NCBI GenBank assembly: GCA_002104905.1
Contig: MCFE01000570.1
Coordinates: forward strand, 1 to 56,974
Reading direction: 5' to 3'
Length of the DNA: 56,974 nucleotides
DNA from: Basidiobolus meristosporus CBS 931.73
Lineage: Eukaryota > Fungi > Basidiobolomycota
This document shows, in pieces, positions 1 to 12,305 of this stretch. The notes under the pieces are model-generated. The model searched no databases and was not told the origin of the DNA. It saw only the letters and a list, made by a program, of their open reading frames with translations. The number at the start of each line of letters is the position of its first letter. Within the stretch, counting starts at the first letter, position 1. Made by a program: the position numbers and the translations under genes.

Positions 1-131
1 ACTAACTCCTTCCACGACTCGCGGCTAATCGTCCGAGAACATCCCTTCGTCAGACATAAAGCTCTGGTCCTCCTTCAGCTTGGGATACAGGCTATCGCTC
101 TTTGGAATTAGACAATGCGGTTAGAGTTTGG

Positions 132-2581
132 TTAGTAAAAACGACACGATGATAGTAGCGCACTCACCAGATTCGGGCTGATCGAAGTGCCAACCCATTC
201 CCACACACGATGAGGCTCACCGCGAATCTCAGTCACACCAGATCGGACATTGCTATTCGTCTCAACGATTTTTCGTACCTTGTCCCATATATGCTTGCGT
301 TGCACGTGGTTGTGCATCGAGCGGAGTAGCACATCTCTGAGCTGGACCACGGACACTGCACTTAGTGGATGTTGGACTGGATCTGCATAGTGCAGATTCT
401 CTTGCTCGGCCAGCCGGACCAGCACTTGCTGTACCAGGTCACGTACCAGCTCCTTTTCACTGAAGTGAGCTGAAAGGCAAAAAAGTCAGTAGCTGATGCA
501 CGACGGCCGCTGAATGGCAAACTTACTGTTGTAGCGAGCAATTGCGTAGATTCCTGTGGCCACCACCAGTATACTTGCACCGATCTCCTTTAGGTAACCG
601 ATTAAAAAGGAATAAAACCCTTTGCGCAGACGACACTGCAAGGGATACTTGGGATCCAGCGAGAGGAAGTACAACTGTTTGCTATTCGTATCGCTCATTA
701 TTCTGACGCGCTGCTGCTGCTCAGCAAGATCGCGAAGCACCGATGACCAGATCTCCTCGATCTCGCCATCCTGCACACGGGAGCTGCTTGCTATCAACCT
801 CTTCAACTCGACTTCGGACATCTCGGCCTGAATGCTATTCTTTGTATCGCACTCTGCTTGGCCTGCGCGCTCAGCAAGGATTTCTTTGACCAGCTCAACG
901 GTGGAGTCGACTTTGGCCAGCATGACAGTGTCAGGAACGCACTTTACATGCAAAGGGTTCACCACGGACACGAGTGGGTTTGCTTTCAGGATGTAGTTTC
1001 TATCGCATGACACGAATTCTCCATTTCGACAGACGGCGTGAGGCGGGCATGGGGTGCATTGTGGATAAAAGATGGACAGTTTACTTTCGGGTAGACCTAA
1101 TGGACTAGAAGTTAGGATTGTAAACACGTCAACCCACTAAAGCAACGCTTACCTGCATCGGACTGATGTTCGCAATACCCAAGAGCCATGTTCTTCTGGC
1201 GTAACCAGAAGAGATAGGCACCCAGAACCAGCCCTAAAAAGATCCACAAAGAGCTCCACTCATATTCTACTCGAGGCTCATGATGGTGGTGGCGACGACG
1301 GCGCGTGCGCCTCTTGGGCCTAACTACAACTTCTGGCTCGACCTGGCTCTCGGGCTCGTGCTTTACTCTTGCGAAGGAAGGGCTCATAAACTTTTGGGGG
1401 CCTGCGGCGTTGGCGATGGATGGTTGCTGAGGAGTGACTTCAATTTTAGGGAGGTCGTTCAGAGTGACTATTGGTTCAGCATTGCTGGTAGTTGGGGAAT
1501 CTGGCTTAGGCTCAGGTTTGGATATTTTCTTGGTCTAGAGAAGGTTACACTACTGCAGAAGAGGACTCAACTGATTCTAGCATACCTTGATTTTCTTTTT
1601 CTTGCGTACGTTCGGTGTTTCGCCTCCGCTTTGGAATGGATTTTCGTCCGAAAACACACCAGGATCAGCCGCCTGTGAATGGTAATCGTTTAGTTCCACC
1701 CGAGAGGCGGATTGGAAACAGATAGGATTTACCTCTTCTACGGTTTTCTGTTCGGCTTTGGAGAGATTCGGAGCATTTGATCCAAGCTCTGGCGTATTTA
1801 ACTAGATGAATGCGGTAAATACGCGAATATTCCTTCCACTGAATCTAACTGAACGAAATACGAACCTCTGGGTGAGAAAATGTATTTGGAAGCGGGGAAA
1901 AATCGTCGGAGCTAAATCCAGGGTCATCGACACTGGGGGTACGGGATACCAGGTGGCTCCGCGAGGGTAGGCTTTCCCCCTCTGAGCTTAGAACGGAGGA
2001 TTTGTCGGCGGATGTTTTGGTCTGACAAGTTGGTGAGCATTTACCCATAGAAACAACGAACGTCAAAAGACTGGCTTACCTTGATTTTACGTCTAACTGT
2101 GGATTGCCGAGGAGGAGGTGACGACTCCCCGTCGGAACTCAATAGCTCGAACTTCTCAACGGCAGATCTCTGCAGAACGAATGGCTCATTAAGTAAAGTA
2201 TGGCGGCCAAGAGAAGGGTGGATTCTACGTACCACACGCCCCCGAGATTTCGGCGTGGGGCGGGCCGGGGAAGGTGAAGTGCGCTCGGGATCCTGAAGAG
2301 GAGTTGGTTAATAGTTGCTTCGTCGAAAGCACTAGATCCGAAGTAAATACCTTATCGAAACCGACAAAAATCATGCCTCTATTGCTTGGCCTAACGTCCT
2401 TCGCCTCCTGCAACCAACTCTCGGCGTTTGGTGTGACATAGGTATCGAAGAGCTCTATCAGGGTTGCTTTCTTGCTATTAGCGTTGAAGGGAATCCCATG
2501 CTTGAACAGTATTCTTCGCAAGTCCACGACCCTTACGGAGTTGGGGTCGAAACCGGGCTCGAGGTAACTGAGATCGTCCAT
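132..2581 (-). CDS. SRC1: Inner nuclear membrane LEM/HeH-domain protein (Src1/Heh1/Man1 family), multi-exon
   Basis: N-terminal HeH/LEM motif MDDLSYLEPGFDPNSVRVVDLRRILFKHGIPFNANSKKATLIELF (ATG 2581). TM segment WSSLWIFLGLVLGAYLFWL followed by GYC. Luminal Cys-rich PQCTPCPPHAVC...C..N. C-terminal MSC winged helix IWDKVRKIVETNSNVRSGVTEIRGEPHRVWEW. GT-AG introns. Internal exon boundaries not fully resolved. Confidence 0.9.
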
Positions 2582-3042
2582 TCTTGTCTTGCAGTAAGCC
2601 AAGGGCTGATTCACTATTTAAGTGAAGTGTTTTCAACCTGACTAAATTGAAGTATAGAAAATATCGCGATTCGTTTGTCAAAACAACATGTAATCGCCAT
2701 GACCAATTAAATGTCCGCGTATTTATTGAATGATGTGTCAGATTATATTGGTGGACTGCGGTGATTTATTCTCAAGCTCCATCCATTTCCCAACAATGCC
2801 CATATACTTTTGGATAATATATTCATTCTGCTTGCGTCTATATGATGAATGTATGGCCCAGGTGGTATGACTTCATGGCAGTACGTGCTAATTACAGCAT
2901 GCATGTGTGGTTTCAAGGATGATGATACCCTTGTGACTTGCTTTTGCCTGGATCAGATTAACCAATTCCCTCTCTAAATCGGTAACTCCGCTCATAACAA
3001 GTTCTATCCCATAGCTTTCGTTACCGTTCGAACACCACGAAA

Positions 3043-4949
3043 ATGGAAAGCCCTGACCAACAGAGAGTGTTGACTCTCCAAATTCAACCTTCCAAGCATG
3101 CAGGAAAATTCATTTTAGGTACGTTATCTCGATGCTCTCCCCAAGCTTGAGGCCAGACCGTTAAGCGCCTGGCCTAGGTATGCCTATCGGAGATGCCATT
3201 CAGATACTCAAGGAAGAAGCCACTCAGATTCCAAAGGTGGAACTCAAGTATTACGCCGAAGTACGTACCCTCCACGAAGCACCTGTGCAACTAGAAACCA
3301 ACCATTCCTCCTGACCACAGAAACCCTTGGAACAAGACTTAGTTCTGAATCTGGTGGAGAACGGCATTTGCTTGCGGTTCGAGCCTTCTTCGCAGAGGTT
3401 GAAGTGTCTGCTGATATATAAGATGGAGGAGGTTAAGCTCTCCTATCAAGAGCATGATTTCAAGTAAGGCAGTGGGATATTGTTGCAACACCGTACGCAT
3501 ACCTCAACTTATCCTTTACTAGCTCCAAAGTCAATGTGCCAACGTTCCTTCTGGTGTATAAGTTATTTGGGTAGGTTAGGCTCGTATTACACTAGATCCG
3601 ACCATTCCATTGATGCACGTGATCCAAGCCCTACCCACCCAGGAGAATTTGATGAAAAGAAGTCGGAATATACTCTCCATTATCCTGTGAGTACCGCACA
3701 TCATATGTTGACTTCAGGAAAGAGCTGACACTCTTCCTTTAACAGGGAGTTTCCTTTGTCTTCCCGATTCCAGAGAGACACAGGCACCTATACACCAGCG
3801 GAGGTTAGTCTAATCCTCGGTATCTGGAGGTTTAGAGAATTAACGATCGATACAATCAGACATGATAATGGAGTTTCCCGACGGTACTACTCCTGTCTGC
3901 AACCGGGTCTATGTCCATTATGGGCCTAGTTGGCAGGAATCATTCCCTCCTCCATTACCGATTGGACTAAATACCAACAACAAGTGTAATGTGGTGGTCG
4001 ACTGCGTGCTGATTGATGTTAGTCCGGTATGCTAATCTCCACAGCTGGGTGTGCTAACTATGTTTGTTATAGCTGGACAAAAAGATCCTACTTCGCCACC
4101 CTGGTGACCGAAAGACCAGGATAGAACTTTATGTAACGTCAGCGCAGGATGTAATCACCGACCTAGGCCAGCCTAGTGAGGTTTTTTACAAGCAGGAAGA
4201 TAAGATGAGAATCCATTCGCGCGCGGAGGCCGGGAGAGACTGCATCGGTGAGATTTCCGAAGGATGCTTGATGCGTGGCAGAGGGTCACTAACCAAGCCT
4301 ACGGCCGACATAGGTGAAGCATCCAACGACTATTTCTACAACTACTTTCAGCACGGGTTCGATTTGCTGTTCGATGCGGCCACCCATCGTTGCAAGAAGA
4401 TTATCTTGCACGCCAATTTCCCTGGTCACTTTGATTTTGGCAAGTTAGTGATTGCTCCACACACCTTGCATTTCGTGCCATACACTGATGGCCCATAACT
4501 CAACCAGATACAGAAAATGCCCATTCAAACTGCTTTCACATCAGAGTAGGTCCCGATTCCTGAATGGCACCAGGCAAATACTTACAGACTCTATCTAGTC
4601 TCGGAGTGTGAGGCGCTGGAGGATTTGCCGTCCGAATCGGATATTATCGTCCCTGATAGTCCCGTAATACATATCCCTGGTCCTTCAATTGAATGGTAAA
4701 TGCTAACTAATATCTGCTGAACTAGTGGGACCAGATCAAGAAGATTTACGGCAAACCCAACTCCCGACCAGTGATCTTCACTCGTGGACCCAGCGGGCAG
4801 AACCCCTTCGGGTCCACTGAGCTTAATGGTTACGACGATGGCATGGTGTTTGAGGTAATTTCTTGGATTTCGCAGCCTTTTGTTCGGAGGATTGACTGGG
4901 TGTTTAGGTCATGAAGAACAATCATATCGCAACCGTGATTGTATTCTGA
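3043..4949 (+). CDS. PHAF1: PHAF1 / UPF0183 (C16orf70-like) protein, many short exons
   Basis: Manually spliced peptides: GMPIGDAIQIL, LVLNLVENGICLRFEPSSQRLK, PTFLLVYKLFGPTHPGEFD, YTLHYPGVSFVFPIP, MEFPDGTTPVC, SAQDVITDLGQPSEVFYKQEDKMRIH, DYFYNYFQHGFDLLFDAATHRCKKIILHANFPGHFDF, ending VMKNNHIATVIVF-stop. Confidence 0.88.
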
Positions 4950-5426
4950 GCATGCAGTGGCTTTGTTCCGACCCCTTGATGTAGTCTTGAGTTGTGTATT
5001 TTTAACTTAATAAATTCGATGGAAAATGCACGATCCTTCGGTCGCCACGGCATGACTGAAGGAGAGCCTTATTGCATGTACGTGCTATCCAGACAAGTTT
5101 CTATTTTGGTGCGGACCACAGCAAGCACATTGAAGTAGGGATGTGACTAAACAAATTTCCTTAAAAATGGATCAAACTAAATTATCAGGTTGGGTAAATG
5201 CCACTCGTATTCGTAGAAAATAGGCCTTGAATTTAGCAGTCTTCCATTGTGCCTTTTCTCTCACTGTCCGACTCTTTCCCAAACCCCTGCCATCCCTTCC
5301 CAGTAATATTCCCCCGCTCAAGCCGGAACTTCTCTTCGTTCTCCCCTGGCCGACAAAGAAAAGTGGAGGAAGCCTGTTTTAGCCACCTTGTTGTTTCCCG
5401 ACAAGCGCCCATTGTAAAGAACCTTT

Positions 5427-7500
5427 ATGTCGAAACCTTCACCACAACTGCCTTTTGATTTACCACCTCGTCCTAGCTCTTCCAGTAGTACTCGTTGTAC
5501 CCCCATCGTTAGTATAAGCCCTATAATAGCCTCGGCAAAAACGATCAAGATGCGTTCTCAAACCACACTGACCACCTCTTCGGATACGGAGCCCTCCCAT
5601 TCCTTACCGCCACCATTACCCTCACGAGCACAAATCGATTCCGAACAGAACCTAGACGAAAATGGCTCGTCGGCGTTTAGCAAGATCCAGACCATAGCAC
5701 GGGAACATCGGAGCAAATTGGTAGATATCAATCTGGCCCAACGAACCTCGGCCATGGCTACAGTGGCCAGAACAAAGGGGTTCGAATTCAAAGATAGGGC
5801 TTACGAGAAGGGTACGGAATGGACCAAGTTCGGTAGAGATGCGTTTGAGAAGTGGAAAGCCCGGAATTCTCAAGGTATACCTCAGATAACTGTTGGCTGT
5901 TGCTTCGTTCGAGTTGGGCCTGACAGGCCTTACCTATCCTCAGACGAGACGAAAGACATCCCTTTTCAAAAGTCCTCGAGTATTGATGGTTGCTATTTTA
6001 GAGGAACTCCGCTGCGGAGTCGCCGGTAGGCGTTTAAGCGAAGGCCCAATCTTTGGTCAACCTCTTGAGATCGCAGTTCAACAATCGAGGATAGATAAGG
6101 AGTGTCCAGTACCTGCTGTCGTTATCAGGTGCATTGAGTACCTCGACTGTAACGGTAAGGAGTGATGTGGTCCTGAACAAGAGCTATTCTAATCCTCCAT
6201 TCGTCGTAGGCCTGAATGAAGTGGGTTTATATCGAGTCCCAGGAAGCACCAAAGAAGTTACTCGGCTCAAAGCCATATTTGACGAAGGTATGCTCTACCA
6301 CACACGTCAACTTAAATGTGATGCTCACTGGCCTCTTGCCATGGCTATACCTATAGGCAACGATATGGACTTGCTAGATAGCAATGAAGATCCCAACGCG
6401 GCGGCGACGTTACTGAAGATGTACCTCCGCGAGTGTAAGTAGATCCCCAGCCTACGAACCCGTCATGTGGCTAACTTCGAGCGAAACTGTTCTATAGTAC
6501 CTGATCCTATCATCACCCAAGATCTGTTACCTCGTTTCAACGCATGCCTACCTCACACAGCTGGCCTTTCTCAGGAAGAGCGATCAAGGCAGATGGAGAA
6601 TGTGGCGGAAAAGCTGGCCCGTGTGGCAGAGCAGCTGCCAGAGCCAAATTATCATTTGCTTCACTGGTTGATGTCACATCTGGCTCGTCTGGATTACTAC
6701 AATAAGCAGAATAAGATGACGGTCTCCAATCTGGGGTTAATCTTCTGCCCCACCTTGTTGATTAGCTCCGTGCTGTTCACCGCGTTTGTGAACCACGTTG
6801 GTACCATCTTCCCACTTCCTCGAAAGTCTTCTCCACAAGTGCCCAACAGCCTGGCATCCATGGCATGGAGTTCCCAGCAAAGTATCTCCGCCGAAAACAC
6901 GAGTAAGTTTAAAGAGCTGGTTTGTGTCGATCAGGTGAGTAACCACATATTTGCCTCCATCAAGTAACGCCAAACAGCCACCCGTCTACTAGCGGCGAGG
7001 CTCAGCAAGCAACCTCCAAAGCATCGGATGGAGACTTCAGTTCGCTTGTCACACCCCGATCGGACGCCATATCTACCGAGAACCTAGCTGATCTATACGC
7101 CACACAGGGCACAATATCCGAGAAATCCCCACCCGACTCTGGGCAGAAACCCCACCCCACCCTTACCAACAAGCCAGCCGTTAGTCGAACCCACACCACA
7201 GGAGCAAATGTCAAAGGGGATTCCGGATTAATAGGCATCGATATCGATGGTAACGGCTTGCACATGGGAGTGTTGAACCTCAACATCCGACGCTCACCTG
7301 CCGTCCGGGGCGGAACTCTGTCAGGAACGCCCTCGCCCGTACTTAATTCCAATATACCAAACGTGACCAACCCTTCTTCCGCAAATTCCAGCCTCCAAAG
7401 CCCAGCACTACCACCAAGACCAGGTCGTTTGACTCGAAAGCTGACTCCTAGAACGACCACGCAGTATGTGAAAGATATATTGGAAATGGTTGACCACTAA
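5427..7500 (+). CDS. RhoGAP-domain protein with Ser/Pro-rich termini, multi-exon
   Basis: IFGQPLEIAV...VPAVVIRCIEYLD, GLNEVGLYRVPGS (arginine finger), DPNAAATLLKMYLRE, LPEPNYHLLHWLMSHL, NKMTVSNLGLIFCPTL. Start codon and last exon are less certain. Confidence 0.9.
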
Positions 7501-7565
7501 TGTCCAACCGATTTTTGCCTCGGTTCCCCTATAATTGCGCGTCCTCTCACTCTCTATCCGACCTT

Positions 7566-7605
7566 CACCGTCATCGTCACCGCCACCAGCACCAGCACCA
7601 GCACC
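7566..7605. repeat. Short imperfect hexamer microsatellite (CACCGT/CACCAG) in the RhoGAP 3' region
   Basis: caccgtcatcgtcaccgccaccagcaccagcaccagcacc. Confidence 0.6.
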
Positions 7606-8015
7606 CGTACCCGCAGTCCTGCCACCATCCCATCAGCAACCTTGAACTAAACATTAATTTTGAGGTGAACTTCGATCGTACTCATTTGATTTTCATATTT
7701 ATATGGAAATTACGAAAATAATCGTAGGAATAACATGAGTGAGGAAGAGAGGGCATGTGGCAATGTATATAGGAAAAAAGAAGGGGAGGGAGTGGGGTGG
7801 GGTGAGAAGGAAAATACAATAAACAAAATAATCACATCTGGCGAGAGGTGGACGAGGGAAGCGAGGGAGTATTGTGAGGAAGAGACAAGTACTAGTTATA
7901 TGGGTTTATTAGCAATCGATATTCGATACGTAAGAAAATGTCGAGATATGGCGGCTTGGCTCGTTTCACGGGTGGGCTTTTCTGGGGGTTGCGATTTCTC
8001 TGTGACTGGGGGATT

Positions 8016-11000
8016 CTAATTCGTCTTCAAGAACTCCAACTCGTTCTTCTTCAGGAACTCCTCTATCTTCTCGTCAGTTTGATGCGCCTTGGGCAGCACA
8101 TTGCTCCATTCCAATCCAGACTTCTGGAATTTTTCGGTCAATGCGTCGGCTCCGATGTCGGACGATAGGCGCTTGAGGTACTCACCAAGCACCTTGTTCG
8201 AAGGTGGGTTGATACCAGGAGAGGAGAGAAGAAGCTCGAGAATCTTGGGAAGATCCTCTAGTTCGATGGATGTTCCGGCCATCATGGCACCCATATGGTT
8301 GAATGCTTGGGGAACATCGATGGCAATATCCTCCAAAAACTCCATAACCTCGAGGATGCCTGCAACGTAAGATTCACGGCTGATCACCTCTTCAGAAGAT
8401 AACTTCTTGAACAGCTTGATCACTGCATCAATATCCTTCTGCTTCTTGTCCAGAGCTTCGTTAATAAACTCGGACACAACCAAAGAATGGAACTCAGGAG
8501 AACCGAGCTCCTTGATACAAGTGATGACCTCGGGAACATCTTGAACAGACAAGTATTCTTCAACCATGGCCTTGACCTTGGGCTCGGCTTGCTCCTTGGT
8601 GAGCTTGGCTTCCTCGGCCTTGGTCTCTTCGGGAACAGGTTTGCTTCTAGGGCGAAGGTTCAAAGGTTTACGCTCAAAGGACTTGTCTTCCTTGCGTGGA
8701 CTCTCAGAAGACATAAGGGCACTGAACATGTTGCCAGAAGGTGGCTTGGGCTTGGGCTCTTCCTTACCCTTGGCCTCAGATGATTTCCATCCCTTGCTGC
8801 CACCGCCCAAGGCACCGAAAACGCCTCCACCAGGGCCAAGACTGACATTAGCACCGCTCTTGCTACGAGTCAAGTTACCAAAGGCAGTCAAATCGCCGGT
8901 CTTGCGAGAAGAAGGAGCGTTTCCAACAGTGTTCCAACCGTCAGGACCTTGACCAGGAGGTCCACGTCTCTCGCGGCGTTCGGAATTGGTGCGAGAAAGC
9001 TGTTGGTTGATGGGAGGCAATCTACCGCCGGAACTGGCAGTCTTCTTGAGCATCTCTGCAGTTTCCTCCTTCTGCTTCTGGGCATCTTGGTGAATTTGAG
9101 AGATGGTCTTGGGACCAGCAACCTCACGACGGGGAACCCACTTGTTGGAACGCAAATCAATCACATCTAACAACATGAAACGGATTCTGCTGTTCAACTT
9201 CTTGTTGACAGACATCTCCTTCATGCGTTGGAAATAAGCGTCCATGTAATTCTTGGCTTCCTTGCGGTCAAGTTGCTTGCCTACAGTGGTCATCAGCTTG
9301 CACAAACTTTCGGTTTCTTCCTCTTCGGGAGTTTGGACATTGCTGAGCAATCTCTTGATGCATTCGTGCATGATGCGCTCGGTCAACATTTGCAATTTGA
9401 AGAGCTCACCAATGAATGCCATCAAACCAAGACCTCTACGCTTAGCCTTGGCGGCAATGTAGTACTCATCAGTCAAAAGAGCATTGGGGTTATCCAATGA
9501 GGAACCATCAGGGAGATTGACCTTCCAACCCTTTTCGAACTCTTCCTGGCATCTGCTAAGAAGATATTTACGGAAGAGGGCGCCACCAGCGACAGGCTTG
9601 TTGTCCTTACCTCTGATACCCTCATCCATAACATCGGGACTGATCTTGTCCATCATCTTCCTGCAAAGGGATGCGTAGACCATAATGAAGTTAGGCTCAT
9701 CGGTAGCTTTTTCGAAGATAAGCTGGATAATGGTTTGAAGAGAAGAGCCATTCTTCTCCTCAGTCGATTTGTCACCAAGCTCGATGATCTTGTCGGAAAT
9801 AGACTCGAACTTCTCGAGGGTCAGCTTGTTCAAAAGACCGTTAACCTTACGGCAAAGGACTTCCTTAGCATCCTTCTCCTCTTCAGCATTGTTTTTGGTA
9901 GGAACCCAACGTTCTTTGGAGAATGCAAGAGGAACAACCTCATCAAGAGGGATGGTTGGTCCACCTTGTTGTTGGCGCTCACCCTTGCCCTTGTGGCGGC
10001 CGGAGCGAGAACCGCGGCCCTCACGGCTGCCCATGCCAGGCATGTTGTTGCTACCGCTAGCAGATCTACCACCCATTGAGCCACGGTTGAATCCACGACC
10101 TCCGGCACCTTGGGAAGCAGCGAATCGTTCTTCACTGGTCTTAGGGGTATGCTTGAAGGATCCCATATCTCCTGGGAATGTATTGGAGCCCTTAGGTCCT
10201 CCCCCACGTCCTCCACGTCTCCCACCACTACTAGCAGAACGCTTGTCATCACGTGCATTCTCCTCGATACCAAGTGATTCAAGAGTAGGCATGTTGCTGG
10301 GTCTATCTTTGCAGACATCCTTGAATTGCAACAAGAAGGAGGCATCGTACTTGAGAGTACCAGATTCCACCAAGCTCTTGGGAGCGGTGATGTTGGGAGG
10401 ATAAGTGACCTGGTTAAGTTGCTCTGGATTGAGAGTACTAGCATTATTATTAATAGGGTCGGCAGGCTTATCTTCCTTTTCAGATTTAGCTTCAGGTTGG
10501 GCAGTAGTATCTGGTTCGTCCGTTTTAGAAGCTTCTGTCTTGGCCTCGGGAGTCTCTACTGGCTTGGGTTCTTCTTTTACCTCAACTTCAGGAACAACGG
10601 CTTCCTCCTTCTTTTCTTCAACCGACCCCGGCTCCTCAGTGATTTCCTGAGCGTCAGTAGCAGTATCGGGCACTTGGGCTTCTTCCTTGGGAACTTCAGG
10701 GACACTTGCTTCCTCAACTTGAGGAATCTTATCGCTTTCAGCTTCCTTTACCTCAAGCACCTCAGGAGTAGGCTCTGGTTTCTCATCAGAAGCCTCTACA
10801 ATAGGCTCCTCCTTCTTATCGCTGTCCTGAACAACAGTGACAGGCTCTGCCACCTCCTCGACAACGGGGACAACAGCTTCAGGAGTGGTTTCGCTTTCGC
10901 TAGCCTCGACCTTCTCAGTCTTTTCTTCAACCTGGACTGGTTCCTCAGGTTTGGATTCTGGAACTGGTGCAGCTACTGGTTCAGCAAGCTTCTTGGGAGC

Positions 11001-12305
11001 TTCAGTTTCGGCTTTTACGTCGGCCTCGGAAACTTTAGATGCTTGCTCCTTAGCGGCAGGGTTGACAATAGGAATGGCCTTCGATTGAGTACTCTTGGGA
11101 ACAGTAAATGCTTCCTTAATATCAGCTGCTTCATCTTGCTGGTCCTTCTTTTCGTCAGGTTTTCCGGATTGAGTCTTGGGCTTAGAAGTGGCTGGAGCCT
11201 CTTTATTGCTAACAGGGGGTGAACCCTTGAGGTCAACAACACCACCGGTCTTTGGGTTGACAATTCTGATGGCTCTGTTAGATTGAGGTGGAACGAAGGT
11301 GGGAGCGCCAGTATTCAAGCGAGGCTGAACACCAGGAGGCATGACGGGAACGGGGTATGGGACAGAGTACACAGGACGATAGAATCCTTGTTGACCGCTA
11401 GGATCAAATGGTGGTTGATATCCAGGATATTGGTATGGGTACTGAGCCATAGAAGGAGACATAGGTGGCTGAATTGGGCTATGCATGGGCTTATCTCTGG
11501 CTCTCTGTTGAGGAGAAAAGGCTGCAGGTATAACTGGGCTAGTGGCCATACCAGGGGATCCGGGGACTGCGTTCACTGGCATTGGGGACTTGGGATAGTG
11601 ATGAGGGCGGATATGAGGCTGGTTGGAAGGATGAGGTTGATGACCTTGACGAGGAGAGTATTGGTGAGGTTGGATAGGATGAGGCGCATGATGGGCACTG
11701 GGAGATTGAGCAGGACGAGGGCGAGGGGAAGGCTGTGTCAACTTGGGTGCCTCGACATTAGTGACTGGGGTAGGTCTAGGTTGGTGAACCGCCTCAGGCT
11801 GAGGTTTGCGCACTGGCGCATTCCCGCTGTTCTTTTCGTTAGAAGAACCAAAGACGGGTTTGGCAGTTTTGTTACCACCAGCAGGCTGCTCCTGCTGTTG
11901 TGTGGCATTTTCCTTCAGAGGAACCTTAGCAGAATCAATCGGCTCCTTGGCTGGTTCTGTAGAAGTACTTGCAGGTGCAGCTTGATTGATGGAACCAAAC
12001 TGAATTGCAGGAGCGCTCCCAGTAGATGGCTGACGAGCAGGAAATTGCACTCCTGAACCTTTAGAAGCAGAGATGACTGGCTTCTTTACCCAAGCATTAG
12101 GCACAGGTGCAGTTTGAGCGCCGCTTCCATTAGATTGAACTGTCTGCTGCTGTTTGGGTTGGGAATTGGGTTTTTCCGATTTGGGTTGGGGGGCTTTAGC
12201 AGATTGTGGTTGGGATGGAGTAGGAACAGGGTTCTTAGCTTTCTGTGCTAGTTGAGCGTAAGTAAACTGTGGTGTGGTTTTGTTGGAGCTGGGTTTGGGA
12301 TTCAT
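8016..12305 (-). CDS. TIF4631: Eukaryotic translation initiation factor 4G (eIF4E-binding motif, MIF4G and MA3 domains), single exon, 1429 aa
   Basis: eIF4E-binding YDASFLLQF (YxxxxLphi). MIF4G: RKVNGLLNKLTLEKFESISDKI...FEKATDEP...KRRGLGLMAFIGELFKL...SRIRFMLLDVIDLRSNKW. C-terminal MA3: MVEEYLSVQDVPEVITCIKEL...DIAIDVPQA. Confidence 0.97.
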   Translation of the reverse strand: MNPKPSSNKTTPQFTYAQLAQKAKNPVPTPSQPQSAKAPQPKSEKPNSQPKQQQTVQSNGSGAQTAPVPNAWVKKPVISASKGSGVQFPARQPSTGSAPAIQFGSINQAAPASTSTEPAKEPIDSAKVPLKENATQQQEQPAGGNKTAKPVFGSSNEKNSGNAPVRKPQPEAVHQPRPTPVTNVEAPKLTQPSPRPRPAQSPSAHHAPHPIQPHQYSPRQGHQPHPSNQPHIRPHHYPKSPMPVNAVPGSPGMATSPVIPAAFSPQQRARDKPMHSPIQPPMSPSMAQYPYQYPGYQPPFDPSGQQGFYRPVYSVPYPVPVMPPGVQPRLNTGAPTFVPPQSNRAIRIVNPKTGGVVDLKGSPPVSNKEAPATSKPKTQSGKPDEKKDQQDEAADIKEAFTVPKSTQSKAIPIVNPAAKEQASKVSEADVKAETEAPKKLAEPVAAPVPESKPEEPVQVEEKTEKVEASESETTPEAVVPVVEEVAEPVTVVQDSDKKEEPIVEASDEKPEPTPEVLEVKEAESDKIPQVEEASVPEVPKEEAQVPDTATDAQEITEEPGSVEEKKEEAVVPEVEVKEEPKPVETPEAKTEASKTDEPDTTAQPEAKSEKEDKPADPINNNASTLNPEQLNQVTYPPNITAPKSLVESGTLKYDASFLLQFKDVCKDRPSNMPTLESLGIEENARDDKRSASSGGRRGGRGGGPKGSNTFPGDMGSFKHTPKTSEERFAASQGAGGRGFNRGSMGGRSASGSNNMPGMGSREGRGSRSGRHKGKGERQQQGGPTIPLDEVVPLAFSKERWVPTKNNAEEEKDAKEVLCRKVNGLLNKLTLEKFESISDKIIELGDKSTEEKNGSSLQTIIQLIFEKATDEPNFIMVYASLCRKMMDKISPDVMDEGIRGKDNKPVAGGALFRKYLLSRCQEEFEKGWKVNLPDGSSLDNPNALLTDEYYIAAKAKRRGLGLMAFIGELFKLQMLTERIMHECIKRLLSNVQTPEEEETESLCKLMTTVGKQLDRKEAKNYMDAYFQRMKEMSVNKKLNSRIRFMLLDVIDLRSNKWVPRREVAGPKTISQIHQDAQKQKEETAEMLKKTASSGGRLPPINQQLSRTNSERRERRGPPGQGPDGWNTVGNAPSSRKTGDLTAFGNLTRSKSGANVSLGPGGGVFGALGGGSKGWKSSEAKGKEEPKPKPPSGNMFSALMSSESPRKEDKSFERKPLNLRPRSKPVPEETKAEEAKLTKEQAEPKVKAMVEEYLSVQDVPEVITCIKELGSPEFHSLVVSEFINEALDKKQKDIDAVIKLFKKLSSEEVISRESYVAGILEVMEFLEDIAIDVPQAFNHMGAMMAGTSIELEDLPKILELLLSSPGINPPSNKVLGEYLKRLSSDIGADALTEKFQKSGLEWSNVLPKAHQTDEKIEEFLKKNELEFLKTN

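Noticed and set aside
7500-7721. His/Gln-rich 73-aa ORF after the RhoGAP
   Set aside because: Explained by a hexamer microsatellite in the 3' UTR; no other coding evidence.
8089-12056. Many plus-strand ORFs of 60-300 aa opposite eIF4G, and similar shadows over FOL1, MED14 and the PH gene
   Set aside because: Antisense shadow ORFs caused by codon bias; no recognisable motifs.
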